Assembly (NCBI GenBank): GCA_965153355.1
Contig: OZ231126.1
Location: forward strand, 49,290,001-49,354,000
DNA: 64,000 nt
Direction of reading: 5' to 3'
From: Flaccisagitta enflata
Lineage: Eukaryota
Positions 59,141 through 64,000 of the stretch are shown here, one piece after another (within the stretch, counting starts at the first letter, position 1; every line of letters begins with the position of its first letter). The notes under the pieces are model-generated. The model made no database searches. It saw nothing but the letters and a program-made list of their open reading frames with translations, and was not told where the DNA came from. A program made the position numbers and the translations under genes.

Positions 59141-61134
59141 CTCTTGACTATCATTCTGACCATTATTCGCTCTTACATCATCTCACCTCTAGACTACCAT
59201 TCTGACCATTATTTGCTCTTACATCATCTCACCTTTAGACTATCATTCTGACCATTATTCGCTCTTACATCATCTCACCTCTAGAGTATCACGCTGACCA
59301 TCATTCACTCTTAAACATCATCTCACCTCTAGACTATCATTCTGACCATCATTTGCTCTTACATCATCTCACCTCTAGACTGCCATGCTGACCATTATTC
59401 GCTCTTACATCATCTCACCTCTAGACTATGAATCTGACCATTATTCGCTCTTACATCATCTCACCTCAAGACTAGGGCGGCTACCTGGATGGTCAAATGT
59501 GGTCAAATTTCAGAACGCCTCAGCCAATGTCATATTTAAAAAGGAAATGAGGCAAGCGGAGATCAGTATCTGGAAAGAAAGCATCATCTCACCTCTAGAC
59601 TATCATTCTGACCATTATTCGCTCTTACATCATCACACCTCTAGACTACTATGCTGACCATTATTCGCTCTTACATCATCTCGCCTCTAGACTATCATGC
59701 TGACCATCATTCGCTCTTACATCATCTCACCTCTAGACTACCAAGCTGACCATCATTCATTCTTACATCATCTCACCTCTACTTGCACCATTTTGGTTTC
59801 CACTCGTCGGCATCTCCTGTTAATCCCTCTATCTCTTCCTGAATCATCATTCTGACTATCATCTCAGCTTTTGGGCAACGGCCTCGAAGGGGACAAAGTC
59901 CTGTAGAACACAGGGGGACTTTTGGTCATCCTTCCGTCCATCCCTCCGTCTGCCCTTCCATCTGTCTCCGTCTGTTTGTCCATCCTATCAGACCTGTCAG
60001 GCCTGAAATCTGCCCTCTCAGGTCTAAAGCTCAGACCTGAGATCTAGCCTCTCAGGCTTGAAATCTGCACTCTCGAACCTAAATTTGCCCACTCAGGCTT
60101 GAAAATCTCATTAAATTTAATCCAATCGTGATTATTTAGTCAATAAGTTGATTGACTCGATTGAGAAAATCATCAGTCAATTTAGGCGCACACGACTTCA
60201 GTGTGTTAGCCTTGTATTGAAGATGTTTGTGACAGGCAGACTTAACTTTTAAACTTGTCATCATTATATCTTATTTAGTTTCGACTAAGCAGTTTGGCAG
60301 TACAACTGACATTAGCTGATTCATTTTTTCTGGCATGGATACTATGACTACGAGGAGCCATCCAAGGAAAGTGGTCTCCCCATACGCCCCCTCTTGGGCC
60401 CCCTTCCCCCTTCGTCTTCCCGCCCGCCCCCTCATCTCTGTAACATTTTTTACCTCGGGGGAATACTAACAACCACCGACAAACAAACTACCATTTTCAG
60501 GCCCTCACCTCTCCTCTCATTCGCAGTAAATATTCCGTGTCATATTCCTCATCCTCATCCTCATCCTCATTCTCTTCCTCATCCTTCTCCTCATCGTCAT
60601 CGTCCTCCTGTTTCGTCTTTATCGTTGCCCCTGGGCGTGTTCATAGTGACAACATTGATCCCTATTTTTCCTATCAATGAGTTGACAGCGTGAACACGTT
60701 TTCAGAAATTTCAGCTGCGCCACTTGAAAGTGAGCAAAGTGAGTAGCCTAGAGAACAGAATAAACATTGAAGCGAGCTTACTAAGGAGAGTATTGCTTAG
60801 CGAGTGAGCGGGGTGAGCAGTGGGAGCGAACAAACTGAGCGAGCGACCGGGTGGCTGGTTTAAAACGCGGTTTTCTCCGTGTAGAAACAAGCTCTCTTTG
60901 GCATTTTTTCCGTCTCCCGGTAGCCTCATTTTTCATCTTTTGCGGTCGTCCTCCTTCCTCCTTTCCTCCTCCTTCTTTCCTCCTTTCCTCCTTTCCTCCT
61001 TTTCTCCTTCCTCCTCTTGGTTTCATCTTAAAGATATTGAATTCTCGGTTCTATCGGTTAAGTCAGAGTGCCCCAGACCCATTCTACAAGTTTTCCCCCC
61101 TCTTTCTTCCTCTCTACTTTCTGTTTTCTTTTTT

Positions 61135-61137
<3 letters not shown>

Positions 61138-61174
<37 letters not shown>

Positions 61175-61182
61175 CGCTCTCA

Positions 61183-61254
<72 letters not shown>

Positions 61255-61255
61255 C
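61138..61255. repeat. (CT)n microsatellite
   Basis: Direct inspection. Confidence 0.95.
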
Positions 61256-61737
61256 TTAAGAATTGTGAGTTTCATGACAGCGACTCGCGTATGAAGTAAA
61301 TTATAATGTCATGTGCTAGTTTTTGCAGTCTAGTATCGGGATAGGTTTCCCATTAGTGTGACTTTTGTTGTCCAACTAACGTCAAGTCCTAATGTCATTA
61401 TGCCCTTATGTCAGCTTGCGTTGAGCAGAGTTTATCCAAAACAAGCCCAACAAGGCAACAGTCGCCTGCTTTGTTTCACAATTACTAACACAACTACAGT
61501 CGAGAACCGCTAGAGCGCACCCGCTGTAAAACATACAGTCGAGCTTCGCTAGAGCGCACCCGCTAATAAGGCATCTCTCGCTAAATGGCATATTTTCTTA
61601 AATCCAAACTTTTTTTCTTTGGTTTTATTGTTGAGAAAACCCGTCTATAGCGCACCCGCCTATAAGGCAAATTTCACTACAAGGCATGAAATAGGTGTGA
61701 GATAAGGTTTTTCATGCTCGCTTAGAAGGCATGTAGA

Positions 61738-61895
61738 GGAAAAAGAAAAAGAAAAAGAAAGAGAAACAAAAAAGAAAAAGAAAAAGAAAAAGAAAAAGAA
61801 AAAGGCATGAAGGCATGAAGAGGAAAAAGAAAAAGAAAAAAAAAGAGAAAAAACAAAAAAGAAAAAGAAAAAGAAAAAGAAAAAGATAAAGAAAA
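61738..61895. repeat. (GAAAAA)n purine-rich repeat, locally duplicated
   Basis: Direct inspection. Confidence 0.9.
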
Positions 61896-63017
61896 ATACA
61901 TCGGTGACTCCCAAGTTTGAATGGCGATCCCAAATTCTCGATGATCTCGATTCCGATGCACCGCTATCGATGATGATAAAGATGAAAACAAGGGTGCAGA
62001 AATCATCGATTTATGAGACTGCAAATAACGATGAGGACAATGAAGACGATAAAATCGGGAGAAAGAATGCCGCCAACAGCCACGAGTTACCTGTCACTAT
62101 GTAAACTCAATTTTTTTTAATGAAGTAAGAAACAGGCCTTGACGCAAAATAGGTAAAATTCTTGGCCTTGATTTCACACAAAAACTTGTCAACATTTGTC
62201 ATGTGTTACATCCATCTACCCTCGTTTTGTCTAATTGTCTGTCACTTGCCATCTCTTTAATTGTGGACACGCAACTCTATAAGAGGCTTATATCCATTGG
62301 TCCGTTGGTCCGTTGTTCCATTGGTCCGTCAGTCCATTGGTTTGTGAGTATGAGTCAAAAAGTGGAAAAACGCGCGTTTTAAATTTTTTTGGGTGTGTCT
62401 GTGTTAGAAAGGGTGTTGGGTGGGGTGTTGGGTGTGGATGGGGGTTGGATACCCCTGCCCACCCATCCGCAACAATAATGTGACCCCGCATCACTTGTTA
62501 ATTTGCAGGTTGCACTTAATAATGTCAGTCTGTTTCTTTCATCTCTTTGTTTCTAAGTATCTATATCAGTATCTATACGTCATTTCTCCTTCCACATGGC
62601 ATGGCTAGATCAATCTGACAAGAACTACCTATAAGAAAGAAACAATTGTCATGGTAAACCATACAGAAAGTCGTGCTCGGCAATAAGGCATCCCGCCTTG
62701 AAGGCATAGAATGAGTCGGTCCCTTCAAATGCCTTCTAGTGAAGCTTAACTGTACCCGCCTATAAGATCCAATAGGGTACTAATGAACGATCATCTGTGA
62801 TCTTTTTTTTTAGTTACGGACACGCAGCTCTATAAAGAGGCTTTGTCCGTCCCGTCCGTCAGCCCATCGAATCCCGTCCGTCCGTTGGTCAAATCGCGTC
62901 GTGGTGATCGAGTTGGAAAGTGTGAAAAACGCGCATTTTCGCCCCTGCCCACCGTCTGCAACTGGTACTGGCCGTGTATCCGGCCTTGTTAAGACTTTTT
63001 AAGCGGTCTTTTAAATC

Positions 63018-63098
63018 AGGGTTAGGGGCGGGTTTAGGGTTAGGGTTAGGGTTGGGGATAGTTTTAGGGTTAGGGACAGGGTTAGTGCTAAGGGTTAG
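63018..63098 (+). repeat. Degenerate interstitial (TTAGGG)n-like repeat
   Basis: GGGTTAGGG...TTTAGGGTTAGGGTTAGGGTTGGG...; short and interrupted. Confidence 0.7.
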
Positions 63099-63489
63099 CT
63101 GAGTTTTATGTATTACGGCCCGAAGCTTTTCGATTAAAGCTTTGCTCTGGCGGAGGATTCGGAAAGAAAAACAAAATCGTGCAGAGAATCATTCATTTTG
63201 TCCTTTGATAGTTGTTTGTATACTGGCAATAAGGCAACTTCATTATAAGACATAATTTTACCCTGCTCCTAGTTATGCTTAACTGAACATAAATAAATGA
63301 AGAGACATTTACAACATTGTGTGTGTTTCTAACTTCATCCTTGATAGGCTGCCAGACCATGTGAGACAGCTTTCCAAAGCGCGTTTTTAACATTCTCAGT
63401 AAACGGTCCATCGTCAGTGATACTAATGGTAATTCTAGTATTGTGATTGTAATAAAGAAATTCTAGTTTAACACTGCCATCTGGGGTGC

Positions 63490-63620
63490 CGGAAATTATA
63501 GCGCCTCCAAAATAGCAGCCTCTAAAATAGCAAGCTCGGAAATAGCATGGCCGATTATAGCACACCGAGATTATAGCAGCTCTATTATAGCACAACGAGA
63601 TTATAGCAGCCCTATTTTCA
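63490..63620. repeat. ~15-bp tandem repeat with ATAGCA core
   Basis: Direct inspection. Confidence 0.75.
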
Positions 63621-64000
63621 CGAAAAAGAAGACAAGATAAAGCTGATATCATGCGAAGCTAAAGATATTACAGTAGTACTGATAATGATGTAAATGAAGA
63701 TGATGATGAAGAAATTATTGATCTTTATTCTTTAACGCGCTTTGGAATCAGCGCATTATGGCGCCACCCAAGTTCAGTCAACTACATATACATTATCAAT
63801 CATACTTCACCAAATGTCCTCGTTTACAAAAATAGATGAGGAGACATTTCCGACATTTGGACATTTAGAGTCAATCCAGCGATTCCCCGCTTTTGCCGCT
63901 TTGCCTTGCCTATAAATTGAATTAACCAAAACATCAATGAACCCCTATCATTCATTTCTACAAAAACTGCGCGCGAAATCCAAATCATTTCATTCAAATA

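Larger units (their letters stand above)
55597..59781. repeat. 46-bp satellite (CACCTCTAGACTATCATGCTGACCATTATTCGCTCTTACATCATCT) in five blocks separated by insertions
   Basis: Arrays at ~55597-55793, 56752-56895, 58582-58828, 59141-59472, 59582-59781. Confidence 0.95.

Noticed and set aside
55597-59781. 46-bp repeat array as a CRISPR array
   Set aside because: Units are head-to-tail with no unique spacers, there are no cas genes, and the context is eukaryotic.
63018-63098. True telomere
   Set aside because: Short, degenerate and internal, with ordinary sequence on both sides.

Overview
Repeat-rich, AT-rich eukaryotic (most likely invertebrate animal) genomic DNA. No ordinary host gene, RNA gene or CRISPR array is recognisable. 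Two large mobile elements dominate. (1) An autonomous Helentron/Helitron-like element (6490-15108, +) with one reading frame of about 2870 codons broken by a single in-frame TAG. Domain order: SGNH/GDSL hydrolase - 15-aa repeats - Zn finger - HUH Rep - PIF1 helicase - AP-type endonuclease - USP-type (C19) cysteine protease. (2) A giant Ty3/Gypsy LTR retrotransposon of at least 19 kb when reconstructed. It carries an extra upstream ORF, a Gag-like ORF of about 2700 aa with a long coiled coil, gag and pol joined in frame through a UGA-CUAG readthrough context, and PR-RT-RH-IN. Between integrase and the putative PPT/3' LTR lies a five-exon ANTISENSE gene that I could splice by hand into a 341-aa type I membrane glycoprotein; the ORF track shows only fragments of it. 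The retroelement appears as a ~30 kb inverted duplication (19106-49411, apex ~35635). One arm is deletion-riddled over ~7 kb, which looks like a long-read fold-back artefact. The rest of the window is HINE/DINE-1-like short elements, MITEs, a 46-bp satellite with nested insertions, and micro/minisatellites. All domain calls are from motif recognition by eye; no searches were run.
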